From Candidatus Zhuqueibacterota bacterium (lineage in GTDB: Bacteria > Zhuqueibacterota > Zhuqueibacteria > Thermofontimicrobiales > Thermofontimicrobiaceae), in the NCBI GenBank assembly GCA_049322915.1, contig JBMOPW010000020.1, forward strand, positions 238,006 through 302,005: a DNA stretch of 64,000 bases, in the 5' to 3' direction. Position 1 is the stretch's first letter; each line of letters opens with the position of its first letter. This document shows positions 48,907 to 59,700 of this stretch, piece after piece. The notes under the pieces are model-generated. The model was given only the letters and a program-made list of their open reading frames with translations, was not told the DNA's origin and searched no databases. The translations under genes were made by a program, and so were the position numbers.

Positions 48907-50469
48907 ATGAAAATGCCCGATCTTTTTTTGTTCCTGTTCATTTTACTTTTTCACAGTCTGTTTCCGGCTACAGCAATTCCTCATGAGATGCCGATGTTTT
49001 GCCACGAGTTTCGCGTCGGCGGCGGGGCCCGTCCGGATGTGGCGTCGCTGCCGAACGGAAATATCGTCATTTGTTGGGAAGGTGGAAACGGTCATGTTCT
49101 GGCCAGGATATTTGATCGAAACGGCGTGCCGGTCACGGATAACTTTCAGGCCAGTGCAACGCCGTCGGATGAACATCCTGAGCCCCGAATTGCCAGTCAA
49201 ACCAATGGCAATTTCCTGATTTGCTGGGAAGTTTATAAGGAAGCGGAAAACAAAAATTCCGATGTCTATGGTCAGTTCTTCTCTCAGGATGGTTCTCCGC
49301 TCGGTCCTGAATTCATTGCTTGCTCCAACCCTGTGGAGAATTGGTCACAGCGGGAATGCGATGTCGTCGCCTTGAATAACGGTGACTTCATCGTGGTCTG
49401 GATGAGCTACTACGAGGATAGCTTCCAGGGTGGCATTTTTGGACAGCGATTTACCAGCAGTGGAGAGACGGTGGGCGCGCAGTTTCAACTCAATTCATTC
49501 CCTGAAGAAGCGGACGAAAGAGCGCCAAATGTCACCAGCTTTGGGGAGTCCGGCTTTGGCGCTGTTTGGTTTCGCGGGTGGTTCGATTTCGGGCCGGATA
49601 TAAGCCATGAGGAAATCGCCATTCAACGGTTCAATGCCAGAAATGAGTGCATGTGGACTGAAAAAACAGTGTGCGGCGAGCAATTGGGGACAGATAGGCG
49701 ACATGCAGTGACAGCGTTGCACGATAGCACGTTTGTCGTATGCTGGAGTAACTGGAGCGGTTTGTATCAGGAAACGGTCTGGGCGCGAAAATACGATAGA
49801 GATGGGATTGCACTGGCAGCGCCATTTCGGGTGAACACCGCGCTCACTGCGATGGCGCTTGAACTTTCCATTGCCACCCTGAACAGTGGTGATTTCGTCA
49901 TCTGCTGGAGGCATCATACTCCGGCCATTGAGGACGGTGAGCAAGTGACGCATCTTGAAATCCACGGGCAAATTTTCAATGAAGCGGCAGAAAAGGTGGG
50001 CGAAGAATTTAAGGTAAACTCAATTTCCGGCCAATCGCTGAGGCATAATTATCCTTCGGTGATTGCTCACGGCGACAGCGGATTTGTCGTTGTCTGGATG
50101 GAAAAATGGGAGACAGTGTATGGCAAAGTTTTTTCCACAGATTCCATCAATGTCCGGGTTGAAGAAGAGCCGCCTTTGCCGGAAGATTTTGAATTGCATC
50201 TGAATTTTCCCAATCCGTTTCACGAAATAACGACCATTCCATACGCCCTGCCGGAGCGAGCGCACTGGTATTACGTGAAAATCCGAATCTACAATTCCCT
50301 GGGTGCTCAAATCAAAACGCTGCGTCGGGAGTATCAAAACGGGGGACGATATTCCATCGAATGGGACGGAAGGGATTCACACGGTACTCTGGTCGCCAAT
50401 GGCGTTTACTTCTGTCAATTTGATGTGAACGGTGCGGTGAAGACTTCCAAACTGATTTTTGTGAAGTGA
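48907..50469 (+). CDS. Secreted repeat (probable beta-propeller) protein with T9SS sorting domain, paralog A
   Basis: GGAGG RBS; signal peptide; about 7 repeats of P.VA.LxNGxF(V/I)xW...GQxFxxxG; C-terminal NFPNPFH...ANGVYF. Confidence 0.82.
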   Translation: MKMPDLFLFLFILLFHSLFPATAIPHEMPMFCHEFRVGGGARPDVASLPNGNIVICWEGGNGHVLARIFDRNGVPVTDNFQASATPSDEHPEPRIASQTNGNFLICWEVYKEAENKNSDVYGQFFSQDGSPLGPEFIACSNPVENWSQRECDVVALNNGDFIVVWMSYYEDSFQGGIFGQRFTSSGETVGAQFQLNSFPEEADERAPNVTSFGESGFGAVWFRGWFDFGPDISHEEIAIQRFNARNECMWTEKTVCGEQLGTDRRHAVTALHDSTFVVCWSNWSGLYQETVWARKYDRDGIALAAPFRVNTALTAMALELSIATLNSGDFVICWRHHTPAIEDGEQVTHLEIHGQIFNEAAEKVGEEFKVNSISGQSLRHNYPSVIAHGDSGFVVVWMEKWETVYGKVFSTDSINVRVEEEPPLPEDFELHLNFPNPFHEITTIPYALPERAHWYYVKIRIYNSLGAQIKTLRREYQNGGRYSIEWDGRDSHGTLVANGVYFCQFDVNGAVKTSKLIFVK

Positions 50470-50527
50470 ATTTTAAAATCATAGTCTCAAAATCCCGAAG
50501 GCTCGAAGTTTAAAACTGGAGCAAATT

Positions 50528-52090
50528 TTGAAAAAGAATTCATCTGTTATCAGGATGTTAATTTCTTTTTTCTCTCTGTTAATTGCAATGGCTGCAACAG
50601 CGCAGGAAGCGCCCATGTTCTGCCGCGAATTCAGAGTGGGCAATGGCGCTCGACCGGTTGTTGCAGCGCTGGCCAATGGAAATTTCGTCATTTGCTGGGC
50701 TGGCGAATACCAGCATATTTTCGGCCGAATTTTTGATAAGAATGGCAACAGCATTTCATCAGATTTTCAGGTGAGCACAACGAATTCCGAACGTGAGTCA
50801 GAACCACGGATTGCGGCATTGAAGAATGGCAATTTTATCGTCTGCTGGGGAGTCTACAAAGAAGAGCCAAATAAAAATGCGGATATATACGCCCAGCGTA
50901 TTGCCGCAGATGGGACGAAAATCGGGGAGGAATTCATTCCCTGCGCCAATCCTGAGCTTCATCTGGGACAGAACTGGTGCGACGCAGCAGGGTTGAACAA
51001 CGGCGATTTTGTCATTGTGTGGGAAAGCCAGGAAGAAGACGGCTGGTCTGGCGGCCTTTTTGGCCAGCGCTTCTCCGGAGATGGTGAACACCTCGGCGAA
51101 CAATTCCAGCTCAATTCATTCCCTGAAGTGGCGGATGAGAGGCTGGTCAACGTGGCGCCTTATGGCGAGGATGGATTCGTTGCTGTCTGGCACAGGCGCT
51201 GGAAAAATTGCCAGTCGCGTATTTCCCACGAAGAGATCGGATTTCAGCGGTTCGATGCAGCGAATTCTCCGGTTTGGGTCGAGAAAACAATCCACAGCCG
51301 GGAAATTCATAGTGATTGCAAGCCTGATTTGTGTTCATTGGAAGACGGGTCTGTCATTGTTTGCTGGTACAGCTACGCCGGTGTGCCCGATCAATATATT
51401 TGGGCGCAGCAATTTGATGAAAATGGGAATGAACCGGGCCCTGTGTTTCAGGTGAATGATGCAAATAGTCGCGGGGCGATTGAACAATGCATTGCTGCAC
51501 TGAATAGCGGCGAGTTTGTTGTTTTATGGCGCAATGGACGCGAAGAGCGTGCCGAAGGAGGGACACAACAAGTCCTTGATATTTATGGACAACTATTCGA
51601 CAGCGCCACGGAAAAAGTCAGCGAAGTATTTCGGATCAATTCCATTTCCGATGTGACATTGAGGTATAATTTGCCCCATGCGACCGCGCTGGGCGATAGC
51701 GGTTTTGTTGTGGTTTTTCAGGAAATGTGGAGTGGCATTCATTGCAAGGTATTCTCAACTGATTCCATTGATGTGGCATCCAATGAGGATGACACGTTGC
51801 CGGTGACATTTATCCTGCACGAAGGCTTTCCAAATCCGTTCCGGCAGCGCATCCAAATGAAATATGAATTGCCGGAGAGGAGCGGTTATTACTTTGTTCG
51901 TATCAAAATTTTTAATTCCATCGGTCGATTGGTGAAAACATTGTTTTCCAATTTCCAGACATTCGGCTTTCATGAAATTGAATGGGACGGCACTGACAGC
52001 GATGGTTCCTGTGTGTCCAATGGGATTTATTTCTGTCACATGGCTGTGAATGACGTGAAAAAAACAACAAAATTTACTTTCCTGCATTGA
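50528..52090 (+). CDS. Secreted repeat (probable beta-propeller) protein with T9SS sorting domain, paralog B
   Basis: Collinear with paralog A (PMFCxEFRVG, QFQLNSFPE, ISHEEI, KVFSTDSI); C-terminal GFPNPFR...SNGIYF. Confidence 0.82.
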   Translation: MKKNSSVIRMLISFFSLLIAMAATAQEAPMFCREFRVGNGARPVVAALANGNFVICWAGEYQHIFGRIFDKNGNSISSDFQVSTTNSERESEPRIAALKNGNFIVCWGVYKEEPNKNADIYAQRIAADGTKIGEEFIPCANPELHLGQNWCDAAGLNNGDFVIVWESQEEDGWSGGLFGQRFSGDGEHLGEQFQLNSFPEVADERLVNVAPYGEDGFVAVWHRRWKNCQSRISHEEIGFQRFDAANSPVWVEKTIHSREIHSDCKPDLCSLEDGSVIVCWYSYAGVPDQYIWAQQFDENGNEPGPVFQVNDANSRGAIEQCIAALNSGEFVVLWRNGREERAEGGTQQVLDIYGQLFDSATEKVSEVFRINSISDVTLRYNLPHATALGDSGFVVVFQEMWSGIHCKVFSTDSIDVASNEDDTLPVTFILHEGFPNPFRQRIQMKYELPERSGYYFVRIKIFNSIGRLVKTLFSNFQTFGFHEIEWDGTDSDGSCVSNGIYFCHMAVNDVKKTTKFTFLH

Positions 52091-52121
52091 GATTAATTCT
52101 GATTACTACGGAGGAACTTCT

Positions 52122-53960
52122 ATGAAGCAAAGACAATTAGTGTCCATCTTTCTATTCTGCGTTGTGCTGAATTTTATACCAACGGAAACAGCAATCAGCC
52201 AGTACTGGGACGAGGGAGTGCTCGAAAAATCGTTCGAGCACATGGACTTCTACTTCACGCCCAGCCATCTCAATCCGTTCGGCATTGGCAGCTTCGCCAA
52301 TTCGACGCCGGGTTTGATGGATGATCCGCTGCTCAATCTCATCGTCAATCCAGCCTTTCTCTTTTCCGATTCCATGCATTCGCGGTATCTCTACATGGAT
52401 TTCCGGGGCATCAATGCCGTGGAGACGCAGGATTATGGCGTGATGCCAATGTATCATCTTGATGTAAGTTCATCGTGTTATTTTCCAACCTATTATATGG
52501 AGTCCCGCAAAGAAGTTCTGCCAGTTTTTTCTGCCGCATTTCTGTCGCGGCCATTCTCCCGCAGGCTCCCTGGCTTGTTCCTCGGATTCACGTATCAGGC
52601 AATTTTGCAGGATGATGACTACTACGATATTCCCACGGATATCTACAAATCCAATGTTGGCTACGACTACTCTGGCGAAGAGACCGCATTCAGGGATGTC
52701 CCAATTGTGGACAGGTACAGCGGTGAAGACAAGATGAATTTATTCGGTAACTTCATTGCCGTCCATGCAGGATATGACATTGCCGGAAGAGCGCAAATTG
52801 GTCTGAAATTGAGTCGCGTGACATTCGAACAGGACGGCGCTTATGGCTCGACAAATTTTTGGAGCGATGTGTCATCGCCGGATTATACGTCCCTGTGGCG
52901 CATGATGGAATCCCGCAATCAGAATTATGATCATTGGGACATTTCGTCCGGGCTGAATATCAAGCTGACCTCCGATCTTTCGGTCGGATTTTCAGGCGGC
53001 TACCTCGTGGGGGATGTCCTGCAAACGCTGACCAACCAGGATTCATCCTATTACAAATACGGCGAAATCAACATGTCGGAATCATGGAGCTATTCGAACA
53101 CATCGGGCAACTCGGACAAGAGCTGGAAACATGACGGTTCGACGAAATATGCGGGATTCAATCTGAAGATGAAGCTCTCCCCGACCAATCTCTTTCAATT
53201 TTACTACAAATTCCAGCACCAGCGTTATGATATCCTGCTCAATTCCAGTGATATAGACACCTCTTTCAGCAGCTATTACGACGAATGGGAAGGCAATTCC
53301 TATTTCAGCGAATATGATTACTCGCTTTCGGATTTCCGAACCGGCGGAGGCGATAACTCGCTCACAAATCACACGCTCTTTGCCGGTTTTCAATGGAAAA
53401 TTGAGACTAACAAAAAATTGAATTTCGGCGTTGTCTTTCAAAAACAGGATCAACGCACAGAGACGCAGGAAGATGTCTTCTCCGACAGGCATTCTCGCGG
53501 CGCCTACAGTTCCATTTACGATGGCCGAATTGATGACTCTGATTATTATACACGAACCCGCGAGCAGAAGGAACTGTTCTGGGATTTCCATTTTATAAAG
53601 ACTTCCCTGCAAATCCCTCTCACATTCCATTGGCAGGTCTCCCCGTCCGCGGAACTGATTTTCGGGTTCAATCGGAAAATGGCCCGCTGGAAAATTGAGG
53701 ATGTGACCCTGGCGATTTTCGATTACCGCGAAGTCTCCACCGATTCGACCCTGGAAACGGAAACCAATTTCGGCGAGCGCTACACCCAGCCAGTTGAGGC
53801 GCGGACGGATATCGAAACCAATCTGATCGCCGGCATCACGGTCCGGCCGTCGTCATTGTTCGTCATCCGATTCCTGGTCATGCCTAATTTCCGGGAAGAC
53901 TATAATGGATCGACGTTGCGGGATTACCAGTGGTGGATCGGATTGAATTTGTACCCATGA
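52122..53960 (+). CDS. Putative outer-membrane beta-barrel with FadL-like NPA hatch motif
   Basis: GGAGG RBS; signal peptide; MDDPLLNLIVNPAFL; Tyr/Ser/Asp-rich loops with amphipathic strands; ends QWWIGLNLYP. Confidence 0.65.
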   Translation: MKQRQLVSIFLFCVVLNFIPTETAISQYWDEGVLEKSFEHMDFYFTPSHLNPFGIGSFANSTPGLMDDPLLNLIVNPAFLFSDSMHSRYLYMDFRGINAVETQDYGVMPMYHLDVSSSCYFPTYYMESRKEVLPVFSAAFLSRPFSRRLPGLFLGFTYQAILQDDDYYDIPTDIYKSNVGYDYSGEETAFRDVPIVDRYSGEDKMNLFGNFIAVHAGYDIAGRAQIGLKLSRVTFEQDGAYGSTNFWSDVSSPDYTSLWRMMESRNQNYDHWDISSGLNIKLTSDLSVGFSGGYLVGDVLQTLTNQDSSYYKYGEINMSESWSYSNTSGNSDKSWKHDGSTKYAGFNLKMKLSPTNLFQFYYKFQHQRYDILLNSSDIDTSFSSYYDEWEGNSYFSEYDYSLSDFRTGGGDNSLTNHTLFAGFQWKIETNKKLNFGVVFQKQDQRTETQEDVFSDRHSRGAYSSIYDGRIDDSDYYTRTREQKELFWDFHFIKTSLQIPLTFHWQVSPSAELIFGFNRKMARWKIEDVTLAIFDYREVSTDSTLETETNFGERYTQPVEARTDIETNLIAGITVRPSSLFVIRFLVMPNFREDYNGSTLRDYQWWIGLNLYP

Positions 53961-54129
53961 AAATCAATGATGCGTCGCAGTGGCGTTGAATCCGGACTTC
54001 GAGTTGCGCCCGTTGCCCTGCGGATTTTTGAAGTGACAATAATACTGCATCTGAAAAATGGCTCGATTCCATCGTTAAAAACGAGCATGCCCGAAAATAA
54101 AAATTCGGCCATGCGGGAGGATTTCTCCG

Positions 54130-56010
54130 ATGAAGAACATTGCATTGACGTTTATCTGCTTTCTGGGCGCGATTGGCGCGGCCAGCGCCGAAATCGGCCC
54201 TGTCAAATTTCTCGTTGCGCGGATGGACTATCTCACCTACGCCCCAAAGCACATTTATTACTTTGAACAGCCGTATCAGGCGATTTACCCGGCGGAGAAA
54301 GATTCCATCCATCACGATTTGTTCGTCCGAATTGTGCCAGCCGGTGATTTTGGCGGAACAACGATTCGGAGCCGCACCACCGGGGACAGTGTGTATTCTG
54401 CCACGACCGTGTGGAGCGGCGCCGGGGATCATGTATTCCCGCCGGCCAGTTACGAGATATTTGATGCGGATACCTGCGCCAATTCCAATCTCTATTTCAT
54501 CGATTTCGAATCGATCTTTTTCTTCTTTGAAAATGATTGGGCGCGAGCAGATACAGCCTGGCGAACGGCCCTGGACATTGTCCCGCTTTCACGATTCAAA
54601 GATGAAGATTTTTCCGTGCTGACCTATGCCCATTATTTTTCCCTGGGCGTGACTGATCCGACGACTGCGGAATGGATCGTCATTTTTTACACGCTGCCCG
54701 ATGAAATCCCGGCGGGCGAATGGAAAAGGGTGAGTCAGTCATTCCCGGACCAGGAGATTCATGACGTGCACGTCCATTTCGCCTATCCGGAGAAGGTGTA
54801 CACAGCCACCCAAAGCGGGGCCTACAAATCGTTCAATGGGGGAGAGAACTGGGAGAAAATACCCTTTGATTCTGAAAGTGATTTGAATGTGACCGCCCTG
54901 GCTGCGACGCCCAATCCGTGGGTCAATTGTCTCTGCGAGGTGCTCTATCTCGGCACCGAAGAGTACACCATGATCCCGGAAGCTCGCAATGGCCGTATTG
55001 TCCGAAGCTGGATCGATGGAATTGCATGGGAAGATACAAAATTCCCGGATATTGCAGTGACGGCCATTGGACTCAACCCGGCAAATCCAGGCACAGCGTA
55101 CGCCGCCGGCTACAATCCTTTCTATTCCCAGTGGGGTTTGTACAAACTGAACGGCAGCGCCGGCTGGAAAAAAGTCCTGCCGCTGGAGTCGGATAGCTTA
55201 CTGGTCAAAATCAACTGCATCCGGGTTCACCCGGCAGATACCAATCGGGTCTTTGCCGGCAGCGATCACGGCATGCTCATCAGCGAGGACGGCGGCGAAA
55301 CGTGGCGTCTCGATGTCAGCCGTTTTGCCATTTCCGCCATTGAATTTTATGACGATCTGGTGCTCAAAGCGACCGGCGGCGGGACCCGCTCCGATGGCAT
55401 CTATGCCAGCAGCGATTTCGGAAAGAGTTGGCAGGTGTGGTGCTATTGGATCTATTGCAAAGATTTTGTGGTGAGCTACCCGAGGCAGGACCTCCCACCG
55501 TATTTCTACGTTGCGGATTCGCTCCGCGGCGTATTTGGAACCCGAGCCCCGGGCTATCATTGGCAGGAATTTGGCGCTGAGCTTGAAAATTATCAGGTCA
55601 CGCGTATCGGCGCAACGCCGGCGTTAGCCGGATGGGTCTTCGCCGCAACCGGGGATGGTTTGTTCCGATATTCCGATGTGCCCACAGCGCTTGCACAGCA
55701 ATTGCCTGAGAAATCCGCATCGGCCGCATCGTGGCGATACCTGGGCAATTACCCCAATCCGTTCAATAGCCTGACGACGATTCGCTACAACGTGCCGATC
55801 GCTGAAGCGCGGGTGGAACTGACAGTGTACAATGTGCTCGGCGAGGAAGTGATTGTCCTCGTCGCCGAAACGAAAACCCGCGGTGAATATTCGGCCCAAT
55901 GGAACGGGCTGGATCGATTTGGGAACAGAGCGCCCAGCGGTATCTATTTTATTTCGTGCGAAATAGCCGGCGCCGGCGCCCGGGTGCTGAAGACGGTCAT
56001 GCTGCAATGA
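54130..56010 (+). CDS. Secreted BNR/Asp-box beta-propeller protein with T9SS sorting domain
   Basis: GGAGG RBS; signal peptide; Asp-boxes SFNGGENW, SEDGGETW, SSDFGKSW; C-terminal NYPNPFNS...PSGIYF. Confidence 0.85.
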   Translation: MKNIALTFICFLGAIGAASAEIGPVKFLVARMDYLTYAPKHIYYFEQPYQAIYPAEKDSIHHDLFVRIVPAGDFGGTTIRSRTTGDSVYSATTVWSGAGDHVFPPASYEIFDADTCANSNLYFIDFESIFFFFENDWARADTAWRTALDIVPLSRFKDEDFSVLTYAHYFSLGVTDPTTAEWIVIFYTLPDEIPAGEWKRVSQSFPDQEIHDVHVHFAYPEKVYTATQSGAYKSFNGGENWEKIPFDSESDLNVTALAATPNPWVNCLCEVLYLGTEEYTMIPEARNGRIVRSWIDGIAWEDTKFPDIAVTAIGLNPANPGTAYAAGYNPFYSQWGLYKLNGSAGWKKVLPLESDSLLVKINCIRVHPADTNRVFAGSDHGMLISEDGGETWRLDVSRFAISAIEFYDDLVLKATGGGTRSDGIYASSDFGKSWQVWCYWIYCKDFVVSYPRQDLPPYFYVADSLRGVFGTRAPGYHWQEFGAELENYQVTRIGATPALAGWVFAATGDGLFRYSDVPTALAQQLPEKSASAASWRYLGNYPNPFNSLTTIRYNVPIAEARVELTVYNVLGEEVIVLVAETKTRGEYSAQWNGLDRFGNRAPSGIYFISCEIAGAGARVLKTVMLQ

Positions 56011-56352
56011 GCATCCCGGACGAATGCTGCGACTGACATGCCCGGCTGGGATGGGAATGTGGCGGAGCGATGGCAATCAACGCTGCGCGTTTCCTCTGGC
56101 AATCGGGCTTGTTGCTTGTAATTCAATGGGCTGACGTGAGCTGATAGATGTGAGTAAAGCTGGCTGAATCGAACCGGCTTGTGTTTTTGCATTGCCCCCG
56201 ACTCAGGTGGTTCCTCCGCAGAAGAAAAATTTTTCCTTGATTTTAACCTCTTTTTTTTACATATTCATGCACATTGCGAATGAAATCCTGCCTGTAATCT
56301 GATCATTCTCAAAACGAATAGAGACTAACAGTCGTCACTCACTCAAAATAAT

Positions 56353-56883
56353 TTGACTATGCAACCGGAAGAAGTAGGACTGGTGAAACTTTTCGCCGGC
56401 GTTTTGTATACAAATGGCGAACTGCTGCAATCGGCTAAATTGAAACTTGAAGAAAATTACGGTCGGATCGATTTCGAAAGCGAGTCGTTCGAATTTGCCA
56501 TCTCCGAATATTATCGTCCGGAAATGGGCTGGCCGATTTTCCGACTCTTCTGGTCGTTCGAATCGCTGATCAATCCGAAGCAAATCGCCCGGATAAAGAT
56601 CGAGTGCAATGCCATTGAAGATGCCATTGCCGTGGACGGGCAGCGAAAAATCAATATCGACCCGGGCTACATGGATTACGATAAAATTGTCCTGGCCTCA
56701 GCCAAATACAACGGGCAGAAGGTGTATCTGGATTTTGGCATTTACGCCGACCTCACACTGCATTATGAAAAGGGCGATTTTTACCCCTATCCCTGGAGCT
56801 TTCCGGATTTCAAGAGCAACACGTACAATAAGACTTTATTACGCATGCGGGAGATTTTCAAATTACAGCGAAAGCAGAGATGA
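56353..56883 (+). CDS. DUF4416 family protein
   Basis: YYRPEMG, IARIKIECNAIE, RKINIDPGY, VLASAK, YLDFGIYADLTL, PYPWSFPDF; ATG 56359 is an alternative start. Confidence 0.8.
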   Translation: MTMQPEEVGLVKLFAGVLYTNGELLQSAKLKLEENYGRIDFESESFEFAISEYYRPEMGWPIFRLFWSFESLINPKQIARIKIECNAIEDAIAVDGQRKINIDPGYMDYDKIVLASAKYNGQKVYLDFGIYADLTLHYEKGDFYPYPWSFPDFKSNTYNKTLLRMREIFKLQRKQR

Positions 56884-57869
56884 GCCCGAAACAACTAAAT
56901 TATCAGATCATCGCCACGCTGGGACCGGCCGTGAAAAATCGGGTGAGCCAACTCATCTCCGCCGGCGCTACCGGATTTCGATTGAACTGCTCGCATTTAA
57001 CCCTGGAAGAGATTTCCCGCTGGCTGATTGAACTGGAGCAGGCGTTTTCTCATTTCGGCGACGCTCTGCCGGTGTGGCTGGATCTGCAGGGTTCGAAAAT
57101 GCGAATTGGCAAATTGGCCAGAGTGATCATCCTCGAACGCGGGAAAATTTTGACCTTCAAAAATAGCTACAGTCAAATCGACGATGAAATCCCGTTGCCG
57201 CACGGCGAGATTTTCAAACGCATTCAATCCGGCGATCTAATTCTTTTGGATGACGGTAAAATTGAGCTGCGGGTGCAGACCGCGTACAACGGGTACTTCA
57301 ATGCGGAGGTCATTAATTTTGGTGAGTTGAGTTCGTACAAGGGTTTTCTGATCAGGAATAAAAATCTCGATGTCTCGAAACCGGCAGCGCGCGACGTGGC
57401 CTTTATCGAACAAACGCGCCATTTGAAATTCGTCGGGTATGCAATTTCGTACATCCATACTTCAAAGGAAATCAAGCAATTCCGTTCGCTGGCGCTGGAT
57501 CGGCCCATCGTTGCCAAAATTGAACGGCAAAAGGCGTTCGATCAATTGCGAAACATCGCCCGCGTCTCGGATATGCTCTGGCTCTGCCGCGGCGATCTGG
57601 GCGCGGATGGCACCATTTACGAGCTATTTCATTTTGAAAAAAAATTCATCCGCAACATGGCGTTGATGAAGACACCCTCTCTGATTGCCGGCCAGGTGTT
57701 GGGGAACATGGTGACCCAATCCTGTCCTTCCCGTTCCGAGATTGCCCACCTGGGTTACCTGATAGAGAATGGTTTTGTCGGACTGGTCCTTTCCGATGAG
57801 ACGGCCATTGGAAAATATCCGGTCCAGGCGGTGGAGTTCTGTCGGAATTATTTCGAATACACGCGTTGA
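56880..57869 (+). CDS. pyk: Pyruvate kinase-like protein (barrel and B domain only, no C-terminal domain)
   Basis: IIATLGPA, FRLNCSH, DLQGSKMRIG, ILLDDGKI, AKIE, CRGDLG, LSDETAIGKYPVQAV; only 329 aa. Confidence 0.8.
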   Translation: MSPKQLNYQIIATLGPAVKNRVSQLISAGATGFRLNCSHLTLEEISRWLIELEQAFSHFGDALPVWLDLQGSKMRIGKLARVIILERGKILTFKNSYSQIDDEIPLPHGEIFKRIQSGDLILLDDGKIELRVQTAYNGYFNAEVINFGELSSYKGFLIRNKNLDVSKPAARDVAFIEQTRHLKFVGYAISYIHTSKEIKQFRSLALDRPIVAKIERQKAFDQLRNIARVSDMLWLCRGDLGADGTIYELFHFEKKFIRNMALMKTPSLIAGQVLGNMVTQSCPSRSEIAHLGYLIENGFVGLVLSDETAIGKYPVQAVEFCRNYFEYTR

Positions 57870-57914
57870 TATTGGCAGATGCGCCTATCACAGGTGATCT
57901 CATTTCATACAAAA

Positions 57915-59700
57915 ATTAAAGGCATAGAATCGAACATTCTATGCCTTTTTTTTATGGGTTAATTACAGCAACTTATCTGACATACAGCATTTTCCTGACC
58001 TGCGAGAACTCCTCGGTTTCCAGCTTGTACATGTAGACGCCACTGGTCACCTGCTTGCCCTGCTGATCCAGCGCATTCCAGATTTTGGTATAGCTGCCGC
58101 CTGCCAGTTCGCCATCGAACAGGGTGTAGATCAACTGGCCGAGACTGTTGTAAATGGTCAGCGTGACATGGCAGCTTTTGGGAATGGTGAAGCTGATCCG
58201 CGTCTCAGGATTGAACGGATTGGGGTAATTCGGCAGCAGCGCGTATTCAAGTGGCGTGGCGCCGTCCGGCTGAGCCACGCTGGATGAGATGACGCTGAAC
58301 ACGCCGAGATTGTTGCACTGCCTGAACCGACCGGTGGGGTCGTAGGCAATGACGCGCCAGTAATAAGTGCCATTGGCGATGGTTGTTGGCCTGAATACAA
58401 ACACCGAATCGGTCAGATTATTATACAGATCCATGACATGGCCGAACAGCACATCGTTGCTGAGGCTCCACTGGTACACGATGGATTCGCCGGGATCGGT
58501 GTCTTTGGATTTGCGCCAGGTGAATTTGATGGAGTCGACGCTGGCGTTGAAAGGCAATCCGATGGGCGAGAGCAGGCTGAATGGATTGGGTGCGTCCGGC
58601 GAGGACTGGACAACGATCGTCACGGATTGAAAATCCACGCCGCCCTTGTCATCGATGACCTGGAACAGCACGGTCTCCGAGCCAAACCAGTTGGCATCGG
58701 CGTAGAGCAGGATGTCTTTGCTGAGGGGCTCGGTGTAAAAATGCGTTTTCAAATTATTGGTGAACAGAAATACCAACCCATCGGACGGGCTGTCGATGTC
58801 GCTGACCAGCGCCAGCAACTCCGAGCGGCGGATGCGCAGCGTATCGTCTTCGGCGAAATAGAAATTGGAGACGGTTTTCAGCCGCGGCGCATCGTTGATG
58901 GGAATGACCTTGAAAATGGTGGTGCAGCTATCCTTTTTCCCGATGGGATCGGCGGCGATGAAGGTGATCACTTCCGTGCCGGCCCACTCGGAATCCGGGA
59001 CGGCGACGGTCAAAATGTGCTGGTTGTTGGTCAGCAGCAGCGAGCTGTTGCCGCGCCAGGACCAGGTGATTTGCGAATCATTGTTGTCAGGATCCGTGAC
59101 ATGGTAATCCAGGTAAATGGCGCTGAATGTGCCGTTTTCGTTGATGGTCTGATCGTTGATCTGAATGACGACTGGCGGCTCGTCGAAATCGCCCACAGTG
59201 AACGTGGCCGCCGATTGCGCCGTGGCGCCCAGCGGGTCTCGGGCCGTGAAGGTGATAGTCTCGCTGCCCGACCATTGGGCCGACGGCACAGTGACCGTGG
59301 CCACTTTGGTGGAACCGTTGATCTGGACGGTCAACTGGGTGGCATTGTGCGACCAGGTGATTTCGGCGTCGCTGTTGTCGACATCGCTGACATAATCGTT
59401 GAGCGAAATGGGGCTGAACGGCGAGCCCTGGTTCACGGTCTGGTTGGGAATCTGGGTCACCACGGGCGCATCGTTGACAGCCGTCACCGTGAAGGCGGCG
59501 CTTTCGCTGTCGAATTTGCCGCCGGGATCAGTGGCTTTGAAGGCGATGGTCTCGGCGCCCGACCATTCCGCGTTGGGCGTTTGAATGGTGGCCACGCGAT
59601 TGGTGATGGTGACGGTGAGCTGGGCCTGACCCGTTGCCGTCCAGGTGATCTGATTGTCGGCATTGTCCGGATCCGTGACATAATTATCCAGACTGATGGC
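57915..59700. repeat. Direct repeat, copy 1 (copy 2 at 62216-64000, offset 4300 bp)
   Basis: Manual alignment: about 64 mismatches over 57981-59120 and no mismatch seen over 59102-59700; includes the terminator. Confidence 0.92.
57917..57954. terminator. Bidirectional Rho-independent terminator
   Basis: AAAGGCATAGAAT-CGAAC-ATTCTATGCCTTT with T-runs on both strands, between convergent genes. Confidence 0.85.
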
